Shown piece after piece: positions 48,119 to 59,594 of a DNA stretch of 64,000 nucleotides. Where the stretch lies: contig OZ024741.1 of the NCBI GenBank assembly GCA_964016885.1, positions 101,370,001 to 101,434,000 of the forward strand, written 5' to 3'. The notes beneath the pieces were generated by a model, which did no database searches, was not told the DNA's origin, and saw nothing but the letters and a program-made list of their open reading frames with translations. Positions within the stretch are counted from its first letter, which is position 1; every line of letters begins with the position of its first letter. Origin of the DNA: Eledone cirrhosa. Lineage: Eukaryota. The translations under genes and the position numbers were made by a program.

Positions 48119-48153
48119 GTATATCTATATATGTATATCTATATATGTATATC

Positions 48154-48207
<54 letters not shown>

Positions 48208-48245
48208 TGTATATATCTATATATGTATATCTATATATGTATATC

Positions 48246-48312
<67 letters not shown>

Positions 48313-48419
48313 ATATGTATATATATATATATGTATATGTATATATGTATATATATATATGTATATGTATATATGTATATATATATATATATATGTATAT
48401 ATATGTATATGTATATATG

Positions 48420-48450
<31 letters not shown>

Positions 48451-48489
48451 GTATATGTATATGTATATATGTATGTATATGTATATATG

Positions 48490-48520
<31 letters not shown>

Positions 48521-48523
48521 GTG

Positions 48524-48556
<33 letters not shown>
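47651..48556. repeat. ~900-bp compound (TA)n/(TATG)n microsatellite
   Basis: Direct inspection. Confidence 0.98.
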
Positions 48557-48558
<2 letters not shown>

Positions 48559-48926
48559 CATCATCATCATCATCATCACCGTTTTACGTCCGTTCTTCCA
48601 CGCTAGCATGGGTTAGACGGGTTGTCCTGTTGTGGGCAGTGTCTGGTCGGCTGACCATGCCTTGCTCATACAGGAACTGATCTGGCTTGATTTCTACAGC
48701 TGGATGCCCTTCCTAACACCAACCTCATTTACAGTGAGTGCTGGGTGCTTTTTCGTGGTGCCTACACGTCCACTTTACAGTGTGGGCTGGGTGCTTTTTT
48801 GCCGTGACACCTCCACAACCACCTTGCGGTGGGGGGTGTGCGGGCATATTGTTTATATGCCTCAGCATGTACCCATGGGAGGTCGGGTACTCTGTATTAC
48901 TGCGTGACGCCAGAAGTCACGGTCGT
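48557..48926 (-). mobile_element. RTE family B, 5'-truncated (essentially 3' UTR only)
   Basis: Nearly identical to 7976-8348. Confidence 0.93.
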
Positions 48927-49419
<493 letters not shown>

Positions 49420-49814
49420 ATCATCATCATCATCATCATCATCAACGTTTAACGTCCGTGTTCCACGCTTGCATGGGTTTGGACGGGGGTAGTCCCACTT
49501 GAGGCAAGAGTGATTGTCTTGCTCGCATAGGACTGTCTGGCAGGTTTTCTACAGTTGGATGCCCTTCCTAACACCAACCACATTTACAGTGTGGGTCTGG
49601 GAGGTTTTTACCGTGTTGCCTACACGGCCACATTACAGCGTGGACTGTGTGTTTTTTTGTCGTGACACCTACACGATCTCATTTGTTTCGGCCTCGATGG
49701 CGCGGCACCAACATAACTTTACATAGAACGGGGTGGTGTGGATCGGGTGGGGGTGGTGGGACGGGGTGTATTTGTTAGAGATGCCTACTGGCTGGAGTAG
49801 GTTTTACTATATAT

Positions 49815-52800
49815 TTAGGTAAGGCGGGTCTTCTCTGTTACTGAGTACCGCCAAAGGTCTCGGTCCAGTGACATTGTCTTGGAGAGGTGTAAGTGTGTGA
49901 TGTCGGAGTTTATCAGCTCGTCCCAGGTTTTTCTAGGTCTGCCTATTCCGTGACTACCGTCTATCTTTATTGCCCTGCACTTTGTTATACAGCTATCGAC
50001 TTTCATGCGCATCACGTGTCCATACCAACGTAGCCTTCTCTCGAGTAAACAACATCTGATCCCTCTTATCTCTAATTTATTCCTTAGTTCGTTTATGCTT
50101 TGCCGTTCACGTATATTACTGTTACACATCCAGCGGAGCATGCAAGCTTCGTTCCTCTCTAGTCTGCGTATATCCTCTGCACACAATGCCCAGGTCTCAC
50201 TGCCATGCAGCATTGCTGTTCGTATGCAGGCATCGTACAACCTGCCTTTCATTTTTAGTGAGAACCCTCTAGCAGCTAATAGTGGTATAAGCTCTCTGAA
50301 CTTTTTCCAACCAGTTCTGACTCTAGCTACAGTACTTTCAGAGCACCCTCCCCCACTGCTGATTTTATCGCCCAGGTAACGGAAGCTGTCCACTATTTCT
50401 ATAGAACCCTCTGCGCAATTGAAAGAGCTAGTAGTTTGTGGGCACTTGCTGCTACTTATTGCACCAGAGCACCGGCCACATGTAAAATCTATGTTCTTAG
50501 TTAGCCTACCTGTGATCCCACTACATCTTTTATGCACCCATACTTTGCATTTAGGACATAAAATGGAGTTTCTACCTACGCCTTTCCTACACACCGAGCA
50601 CGACCATTTCCCAGAAGGGACCGCCGCCTTGTTTTCTTTCCTACAAACTAGTACTTTGGTCTTAGCCAGGTTAATTTTAAGTCCTTTTGACTCTAGGCCG
50701 TGCTTCCATGTTTGGAATTTCTTCTCTAGCTCGGCCATTGATTCCGCTATGAGTGTCAGGTCGTCTGCGTATAGGAGTTCCCATGGGCAGCCTGTCTTGA
50801 ACTCCTCTGTTATGGCCTGAAGGGCAATAATAAATAGTAGTGGACTGAGAACAGAGCCCTGATGGACGCCGACTTTTACGCTAAACTCTTCACTATATTC
50901 GTTGTTAATTCTAACCTTGCTGACTGTTTCTTTATACATGGCTTGTATAGCCCTCACAAGCCATTCGTCAACGCCTAGTTTTCTAAGAGCCCACCAGATA
51001 ATGGAGCGGGGGACTCTGTCGAAGGCTTTCTCCAAGTCGACAAAAGCTAAGTAGAGGGGTTTACCTTTAGCTAGGTACTTCTCTTGTAGTTGTCGTACTA
51101 TGAAAAGAGCGTCTGTGGTACTTTTGCCTGACACAAACCCGAACTGCATTTCATCTAGGTCAATTCTCTCTCTGATTAGTTGCGCTATTACTCTTTCCGT
51201 GACCTTCATGACCTGGTCGATTAATTTAATGCCTCTATAGTTACTCCTATCTAGGGCGTCTCCTTTACCCTTATAACAGTTAACGATGATGCTGCTATGC
51301 CAGTCCTTCGGAACAACCCCGTTTTGTACGACTTGGTTAACTATGCGGGTGACCATGGTGTGTCCCACCGTGCCAGATGCCTTCAGCATCTCAGCAACTA
51401 TTTCCGAAGGCCCAGCCGCCTTACCAGTCTTCATATCCTTGATTGCCTTACTTATTATACTCCCCTCGACTAACACTGCTGGTCCCTCTATTGGGTCGAT
51501 ATGGGGGAGACTGCCTTTCTCCCAATTATTCTCCTCATTTAGAAGCCTTTCATAGTGACACTTCCAAGCTACCTTCTTATCAGCGTCGGTGATGGCAAGT
51601 GTGCCATCGTCGTTTAGTACACACTTCTCCCCGACAATATCACAGTTTTCCTTGACGCATTGCCTAGCAATCCTGAACACCTCACGTTTTTGGTCATCGC
51701 GTTGTAGAACATGCTTGAACTTTCTTTCCTCAGCTTCCCTTCTTGCTAAGTACACTTGTCTCCTAGCTTCCCTCCTGGCCACTTGATAGTCCTCTCTACT
51801 TCCCCCATCCCGCCATACTTTCCAAGCCTGCTTTTTGGCCTTAATTGACCCCTCCACCTTACTGTTCCACCACCATGTTACTCTCCTCCTGCCTACAGGC
51901 CTGCTCCAGCCACAGACCTCGTCTGTCGCCAACAGCAGGTTTGCTTTCAGAAATTCCCACTCTCCCTCTATATTGTCCGACTCTAAATGTTCTTCCTTAC
52001 TGTCGAAAGCATCAAGTAATATGCTTTGAAATTTATTCCTGGCTGTGGGGTCCTTTAGCTTCCATATTTTCCTCCTGAGGATAGTCCTCTTCTGTTGTCG
52101 AGTACGTCTCGTCCTGACTATGAGGTCGCTAATTATCAGTCTATGTTGGGAGGTGCATTCTTCATGGGGGAGGGATTTAGTGTTAACAACAGACACTCTG
52201 TCACGTCTTCTGGTAAGGATATAATCTACCTGGCTTGTGTGTTCCCCGGATCTATAGGTGATCAGGTGATTGTCACGTTTTTTGAAGTTAGTGTTACAGA
52301 TAGTTAGGTTATTTGCATCACAGAATTCCAGGATTCTGGAGCCTTCCTCATTTCTAGTACCAAACCCATAGCCTCCATGGATTTCGTCGTAGCCGTCACA
52401 ATGTTGTCCAACGTGACCATTTAGGTCGCCTGCGATAATTATATAGTCACTGTCGGATATTTGGGAGGTAGTTAGCATCAGTGTCTCATAGAATCTGTCT
52501 TTTATAGTGCCGGGCAGTCCGGATTGGGGTGCGTACGCAGATATTACTGTCACCGTAGTTCTATTGAGGACAAGTCGTATTTTAATTATTCTGTCGTTCA
52601 CTCTATTTACGTCTATTATCTTATCTGCCCACTTTTCTGCTACCATGATTCCTACTCCACCCAGCCCATCGTCGTTTCCCACCCAGAAAAGCTTATAACA
52701 ACGTTTTTTACCCTCAATGAACCTAGCAGACCCACCCCTCCACCTGGTCTCTTGAATACAACAAACATCGACCTCCTTACGTTCAAGCATTTCTACAACC

Positions 52801-53255
52801 TCGTTAGCGCGACCCTTTAGGGTGCCTACATTTATGGTACCAACTCTGAAGTTTTGGATTGCGTTTGGGGGTTGGGGGCGGTGAGGGGCGGGGGGCGATG
52901 GGGTTATGTTAGCCGTCCGCGGTCGAAACAATGAGGAGTGCTCGCATTCTCGTCCAAGGGGTGAATTTGTCTTTATCTTTGGCATTGTCGCTGAGCGTCC
53001 AGATTTTTCTCTCTCACCTCCACTCTCCAGGATTCCGCAGTCCATCCATCCATCATATATCGTATATCGAAAGGCAACCAGGCAAGCGATAGTATAGGCC
53101 TCTGGTTTCTGATTGGTCCGCGTAATAATACTGGTGATACGTGGGGGCTCTGTTTTATGATTGGTCCACGTAATAGCAATGGTGGTGTGTGGGGGTGGGA
53201 GGGAGGGGTGTTGGGTAGCTAGCAAGAAGGTAATGATTGAGATGGGTCTATGCAT
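49815..53255 (-). CDS. APE endonuclease + reverse transcriptase (with internal C4HC3 finger), 1146 aa; true start may be a downstream Met
   Basis: GTINVGTL, CIQETRW, YAPQ, GDLNGHVG, QFGF, DLEKAFDRV, QGSVLSP, YADD, FRYLG and LRWYGHV all lie in one frame. Confidence 0.95.
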   Translation of the reverse strand: MHRPISIITFLLATQHPSLPPPHTTIAITWTNHKTEPPRITSIITRTNQKPEAYTIACLVAFRYTIYDGWMDCGILESGGEREKSGRSATMPKIKTNSPLGRECEHSSLFRPRTANITPSPPAPHRPQPPNAIQNFRVGTINVGTLKGRANEVVEMLERKEVDVCCIQETRWRGGSARFIEGKKRCYKLFWVGNDDGLGGVGIMVAEKWADKIIDVNRVNDRIIKIRLVLNRTTVTVISAYAPQSGLPGTIKDRFYETLMLTTSQISDSDYIIIAGDLNGHVGQHCDGYDEIHGGYGFGTRNEEGSRILEFCDANNLTICNTNFKKRDNHLITYRSGEHTSQVDYILTRRRDRVSVVNTKSLPHEECTSQHRLIISDLIVRTRRTRQQKRTILRRKIWKLKDPTARNKFQSILLDAFDSKEEHLESDNIEGEWEFLKANLLLATDEVCGWSRPVGRRRVTWWWNSKVEGSIKAKKQAWKVWRDGGSREDYQVARREARRQVYLARREAEERKFKHVLQRDDQKREVFRIARQCVKENCDIVGEKCVLNDDGTLAITDADKKVAWKCHYERLLNEENNWEKGSLPHIDPIEGPAVLVEGSIISKAIKDMKTGKAAGPSEIVAEMLKASGTVGHTMVTRIVNQVVQNGVVPKDWHSSIIVNCYKGKGDALDRSNYRGIKLIDQVMKVTERVIAQLIRERIDLDEMQFGFVSGKSTTDALFIVRQLQEKYLAKGKPLYLAFVDLEKAFDRVPRSIIWWALRKLGVDEWLVRAIQAMYKETVSKVRINNEYSEEFSVKVGVHQGSVLSPLLFIIALQAITEEFKTGCPWELLYADDLTLIAESMAELEKKFQTWKHGLESKGLKINLAKTKVLVCRKENKAAVPSGKWSCSVCRKGVGRNSILCPKCKVWVHKRCSGITGRLTKNIDFTCGRCSGAISSSKCPQTTSSFNCAEGSIEIVDSFRYLGDKISSGGGCSESTVARVRTGWKKFRELIPLLAARGFSLKMKGRLYDACIRTAMLHGSETWALCAEDIRRLERNEACMLRWMCNSNIRERQSINELRNKLEIRGIRCCLLERRLRWYGHVMRMKVDSCITKCRAIKIDGSHGIGRPRKTWDELINSDITHLHLSKTMSLDRDLWRYSVTEKTRLT

Positions 53256-54034
53256 TTAACAAGCGATTAACAAAAATACAAAATTTGTTCAGTTAAATAC
53301 GTCCAAAAACCTAATCGTATTTAGCACTTAATAGAAACAGAAAATGTAGTTTGTTTTAGCGATAGAATGGCTATTTGGACTTGAAATACGAAATGTGGAT
53401 TGTTTTGAAAATACGCTAGGAGAGAGAGAGAGAGAGATGAAGTCTGTACATTACGTTTACATGAGAGTTTCGTTTGGACAGCAGGCAAAGAAATGAAATT
53501 TGGCGAAGTGAATTCCTATCATATATTTATAGGGAGAGAGAGAGAGAGAGAGAGAGTGCGAGGGTAGGGGGCCACATGATGGCTGTGGGTGTTAGGCGTT
53601 TGACCGCCCCGTGCCTTCGAAGAAGGAAGAAGGAAAGGATTTTGCTTTTTTGTTTTGAAGATACGCTAGAATTAGGGATTTGGGTTTGAAAATACGTTAG
53701 GAATTAAGGTTTGAAAATAGCTAGCAAGAAGGTAATGATTGAGATGGGTCTATGCATTTAACAAGCGATTAACAAAAATACAAAATTTGTTCAGTTAAAT
53801 ACGTCCAAAAACCTAAACGTATTTAGCACTTAATAGAAACAGAAAATGTAGTTTGTTTTAGCGATAGAATGGCTATTTGGACTTGAAATACGAAATGTGG
53901 ATTGTTTTGAAAATACGCTAGGAGAGAGAGAGAGAGAGAGATGAAGTCTGTACATTACGTTTACATGAGAGTTTCGTTTGGACAGCAGGCAAAGAAATGA
54001 AATTTGGCGAAGTGAATTCCTATCATATATTTAT

Positions 54035-54070
<36 letters not shown>

Positions 54071-54544
54071 CGAGGGTAGGGGGCCACATGATGGCTGTGG
54101 GTGTTAGGCGTTTGACCGCCCCGTGCCTTCGAAGAAGGAAGAAGGAAAGGATTTTGCTTTTTTGTTTTGAAGATACGCTAGAATTAGGGATTTGGGTTTG
54201 AAAATACGTTAGGAATTAAGGTTTGAAAATAGCTAGCAAGAAGGTAATGATTGAGATGGGTCTATGCATTTAACAAGCGATTAACAAAAATACAAAATTT
54301 GTTCAGTTAAATACGTCCAAAAACCTAAACGTATTTAGCACTTAATAGAAACAGAAAATGTAGTTTGTTTTAGCGATAGAATGGCTATTTGGACTTGAAA
54401 TACGAAATGTGGATTGTTTTGAAAATACGCTAGGAGAGAGAGAGAGAGAGATGAAGTCTGTACATTACGTTTACATGAGAGTTTCGTTTGGACAGCAGGC
54501 AAAGAAATGAAATTTGGCGAAGTGAATTCCTATCATATATTTAT

Positions 54545-54582
<38 letters not shown>

Positions 54583-55056
54583 CGAGGGTAGGGGGCCACA
54601 TGATGGCTGTGGGTGTTAGGCGTTTGACCGCCCCGTGCCTTCGAAGAAGGAAGAAGGAAAGGATTTTGCTTTTTTGTTTTGAAGATACGCTAGAATTAGG
54701 GATTTGGGTTTGAAAATACGTTAGGAATTAAGGTTTGAAAATAGCTAGCAAGAAGGTAATGATTGAGATGGGTCTATGCATTTAACAAGCGATTAACAAA
54801 AATACAAAATTTGTTCAGTTAAATACGTCCAAAAACCTAAACGTATTTAGCACTTAATAGAAACAGAAAATGTAGTTTGTTTTAGCGATAGAATGGCTAT
54901 TTGGACTTGAAATACGAAATGTGGATTGTTTTGAAAATACGCTAGGAGAGAGAGAGAGAGAGATGAAGTCTGTACATTACGTTTACATGAGAGTTTCGTT
55001 TGGACAGCAGGCAAAGAAATGAAATTTGGCGAAGTGAATTCCTATCATATATTTAT

Positions 55057-55092
<36 letters not shown>

Positions 55093-56070
55093 CGAGGGTA
55101 GGGGGCCACATGATGGCTGTGGGTGTTAGGCGTTTGACCGCCCCGTGCCTTCGAAGAAGGAAGAAGGAAAGGATTTTGCTTTTTTGTTTTGAAGATACGC
55201 TAGAATTAGGGATTTGGGTTTGAAAATACGTTAGGAATTAAGGTTTGAAAATAGCTAGCAAGAAGGTAATGATTGAGATGGGTCTATGCATTTAACAAGC
55301 GATTAACAAAAATACAAAATTTGTTCAGTTAAATACGTCCAAAAACCTAAACGTATTTAGCACTTAATAGAAACAGAAAATGTAGTTTGTTTTAGCGATA
55401 GAATGGCTATTTGGACTTGAAATACGAAATGTGGATTGTTTTGAAAATACGCTAGGAGAGAGAGAGAGAGAGATGAAGTCTGTACATTACGTTTACATGA
55501 GAGTTTCGTTTGGACAGCAGGCAAAGAAATGAAATTTGGCGAAGTGAATTCCTATCATATATTTATAGGGAGAGAGAGAGAGAGAGAGAGAGAGTGCGAG
55601 GGTAGGGGGCCACATGATGGCTGTGGGTGTTAGGCGTTTGACCGCCCCGTGCCTTCGAAGAAGGAAGAAGGAAAGGATTTTGCTTTTTTGTTTTGAAGAT
55701 ACGCTAGAATTAGGGATTTGGGTTTGAAAATACGTTAGGAATTAAGGTTTGAAAATAGCTAGCAAGAAGGTAATGATTGAGATGGGTCTATGCATTTAAC
55801 AAGCGATTAACAAAAATACAAAATTTGTTCAGTTAAATACGTCCAAAAACCTAAACGTATTTAGCACTTAATAGAAACAGAAAATGTAGTTTGTTTTAGC
55901 GATAGAATGGCTATTTGGACTTGAAATACGAAATGTGGATTGTTTTGAAAATACGCTAGGAGAGAGAGAGAGAGAGATGAAGTCTGTACATTACGTTTAC
56001 ATGAGAGTTTCGTTTGGACAGCAGGCAAAGAAATGAAATTTGGCGAAGTGAATTCCTATCATATATTTAT

Positions 56071-56106
<36 letters not shown>

Positions 56107-56580
56107 CGAGGGTAGGGGGCCACATGATGGCTGTGGGTGTTAGGCGTTTGACCGCCCCGTGCCTTCGAAGAAGGAAGAAGGAAAGGATTTTGCTTTTTTG
56201 TTTTGAAGATACGCTAGAATTAGGGATTTGGGTTTGAAAATACGTTAGGAATTAAGGTTTGAAAATAGCTAGCAAGAAGGTAATGATTGAGATGGGTCTA
56301 TGCATTTAACAAGCGATTAACAAAAATACAAAATTTGTTCAGTTAAATACGTCCAAAAACCTAAACGTATTTAGCACTTAATAGAAACAGAAAATGTAGT
56401 TTGTTTTAGCGATAGAATGGCTATTTGGACTTGAAATACGAAATGTGGATTGTTTTGAAAATACGCTAGGAGAGAGAGAGAGAGAGATGAAGTCTGTACA
56501 TTACGTTTACATGAGAGTTTCGTTTGGACAGCAGGCAAAGAAATGAAATTTGGCGAAGTGAATTCCTATCATATATTTAT

Positions 56581-56618
<38 letters not shown>

Positions 56619-57092
56619 CGAGGGTAGGGGGCCACATGATGGCTGTGGGTGTTAGGCGTTTGACCGCCCCGTGCCTTCGAAGAAGGAAGAAGGAAAGGAT
56701 TTTGCTTTTTTGTTTTGAAGATACGCTAGAATTAGGGATTTGGGTTTGAAAATACGTTAGGAATTAAGGTTTGAAAATAGCTAGCAAGAAGGTAATGATT
56801 GAGATGGGTCTATGCATTTAACAAGCGATTAACAAAAATACAAAATTTGTTCAGTTAAATACGTCCAAAAACCTAAACGTATTTAGCACTTAATAGAAAC
56901 AGAAAATGTAGTTTGTTTTAGCGATAGAATGGCTATTTGGACTTGAAATACGAAATGTGGATTGTTTTGAAAATACGCTAGGAGAGAGAGAGAGAGAGAT
57001 GAAGTCTGTACATTACGTTTACATGAGAGTTTCGTTTGGACAGCAGGCAAAGAAATGAAATTTGGCGAAGTGAATTCCTATCATATATTTAT

Positions 57093-57132
<40 letters not shown>

Positions 57133-57246
57133 CGAGGGTAGGGGGCCACATGATGGCTGTGGGTGTTAGGCGTTTGACCGCCCCGTGCCTTCGAAGAAGG
57201 AAGAAGGAAAGGATTTTGCTTTTTTGTTTTGAAGATACGCTAGAAT
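53216..57246 (-). repeat. Tandem array of 502-512-bp units (7 full + 1 nearly full)
   Basis: Units start (+ coordinates) at 53216, 53718, 54230, 54742, 55252, 55756, 56266 and 56778. They differ essentially only in (GA)n length. Confidence 0.97.
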
Positions 57247-57327
57247 GTATATATATATGTATATATGTATATATGTATATACGTATATATATATATCTAT
57301 ATATGTATATATGTATATATATATATC

Positions 57328-57359
<32 letters not shown>

Positions 57360-57464
57360 TATAATATATGTATATATATATATATATGTATATATGTATA
57401 TATATATATAATATATGTATATATATATATATATAATATATGTATATATATATGTATATATGTA

Positions 57465-57506
<42 letters not shown>

Positions 57507-57633
57507 GTATATATATATAATATATAAATATATGTATATGTATATATGTATATATATATATATATGTATATGTATATATGTATATATATATATATGTATA
57601 TGTATATATGTATATATATATGTATATATGTAT

Positions 57634-57665
<32 letters not shown>

Positions 57666-57870
57666 GTATATGTATATATGTATATATATATATATATGTA
57701 TATATATATGTATATATATATATGTATATATATATGTATATATATATATGTATATATATATATGTATATATATATATGTATATATATATATGTATATATA
57801 TATATGTATATATTATATATGTATATATATATTATATATGTATATATATTATATATGTATATATATATAT
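57247..57870. repeat. Compound (TA)n microsatellite
   Basis: Direct inspection. Confidence 0.98.
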
Positions 57871-58386
57871 ATGAATTAGTTTAGCGAGGTTTTTTATATG
57901 AAATCGTGTGTCGAAACAAATATTATACTTGGGGAGGGTCATATTTGTGTAATATTGCCAGAATTAATAGCAGAACACACTCACTGTGAAAAAATGGCGT
58001 AGACATACAACACAAAAATGGTGTAAACATACAACACAAAAATGGCGTAAACATACAACACAAAAATGGCTTAGACGTACAACACAAAAATGGCGTAGAC
58101 ATACAACACAACAGGAGGAAAAAAAAAAAATATATAACACCACTGGCGATGTTGCAGATGTGCAACGAAAGATTTATGTAAATTATGTAAACTATATATA
58201 TGTGTTTGTGTCTATATTGTATCTGTATTATTTTTGACCGTCGGTTAGTCAGTGGCAACATTGAGGACCGATTAAGTTAGATCGCAGATATAAAAGACAG
58301 CGAGAAGCGAAAACCAACCAAACAGTGAGTGTGTTCTGTTATTAATTCTGGCAATATTACACAAATATGACCCTCCCCAAGTATAA
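57871..58386. repeat. Fold-back repeat (~63-bp arms, ~57924-57986 / ~58323-58386) enclosing a 24-bp x5 minisatellite; related to ~39360-39515
   Basis: Inverted arms, the unit aaaaatggcgtagacatacaacac at ~57989-58110, and a homolog near 39.4 kb. Confidence 0.8.
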
Positions 58387-58520
58387 CTATATATATATGT
58401 ATGTATATATATTATATATGTATATATATTATATATGTATATATGTGTATATCTATATATGTATATATGTATATCTATATATGTATATATGTATATCTAT
58501 ATATGTATATATGTATATCT

Positions 58521-58856
58521 ATCATCATTTCATTTTACATCCGCTTTTTCCCTGCTTGCAAGGGTGGGATGGGAACTGATGCTGGCTTGATTTCTACAGC
58601 TGGATGCCCTTCCTAACACCAACCTCATTTACAGTGAGTGCTGGGTGCTTTTTTGCCGTGGCACCTCCACGACCACTTTACAGTGGAATGATAGGGACAC
58701 CAGTCCCTATCATCTCATTTCTACAGCTGAGTAAACTGGAGCAATGTGAAATAAAGTGCCTTGCTCAAGGAAACAACACATCACCCGGTCTGAGAATTGA
58801 ACTCACAACCTTTCGATTGCAAGGCCAATGCTCTAACCACTAAGCCATGTGCCTCC
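58521..58856 (-). mobile_element. Full-length tRNA-derived SINE
   Basis: Same family as 39547-39878. Confidence 0.9.
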
Positions 58857-59594
58857 ATCTATATATGTGTATATGTATATATATATATCTGTATATATAT
58901 GTATATATGTATATCTGTATATGTATATATGTATATCTATATATGTATATATGTATATCTATATATGTGTATATGTATAGCTATATATGTATATAGGGAG
59001 AGATGACCCCTTAGCCTTTGTCAAGGCAGATTTCTAGGAGAAGGAAAACTCTGATATAACACCTGCAACCCTGATGGTATCCAATGATGTTGACTTGTTC
59101 TTCTTTTTGGTAAATATCATCTTGGTTAAGAGAGTGGGACTGGCTTTGTGCAGTGCCTTTGCTCACTATAAAAGCTTCACGGCACAGGCATTGCTTTATA
59201 TCTGGAGATCTCTCTGCATTTGTCGTCACATGGTACCATGGGCCCAGCACTATGTGTCAATAATTGTCACAAGTGTAGTGTTTGTACCAGAGTTTTCAAG
59301 TCGCTGGCTGGACTAAAAAGTCACACTCGTTCAGCGCATCGGTGGGGGTTCTCCTACATGGATATAAAGTAGTGGCCATACTCGAAAACGAGTTGGCAGC
59401 CTCCATATGTATATCTATATATGTATATCTATATATATGTATATCTATATATGTGTATATGTATATCTATATATGTATATATGTATATGTATATCTGTAT
59501 ATGTATATCTATATATGTATATATGTATATGTATATATGTATATCTATATATGTATATATGTATATCTATATATGTATATCTATATATGTATAT

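Larger units (their letters stand above)
49420..57246 (-). mobile_element. RTE family A, intact copy with tandem 5' monomer array
   Basis: (GAT)n tail, 3' UTR, uninterrupted ORF, then ~8 tandem 5' units. Flanked by (TA)n on both sides. Confidence 0.95.

Noticed and set aside
53216-57246. Array as a CRISPR or an independent satellite
   Set aside because: There are no unique spacers, the context is eukaryotic, and the unit is homologous to RTE family A 5' UTRs.
53474-57527. Repeated + strand ORFs (MDSRQRNE.../MKFGEVNS...RERERE)
   Set aside because: They are antisense to the RTE 5' monomers and their frame changes with (GA)n length, so they are not conserved coding units.
57986-58237. 83-aa ORF with KWRRHTTQ repeats
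   Set aside because: It arises from a 24-bp minisatellite inside a fold-back repeat. No splice or homology support is visible.
59008-59404. Segment starting with an RTE-5'-like motif (CTAGGAGAAGGAAAACTCTGAT)
   Set aside because: Only a short motif is recognisable, so family and boundaries cannot be assigned.
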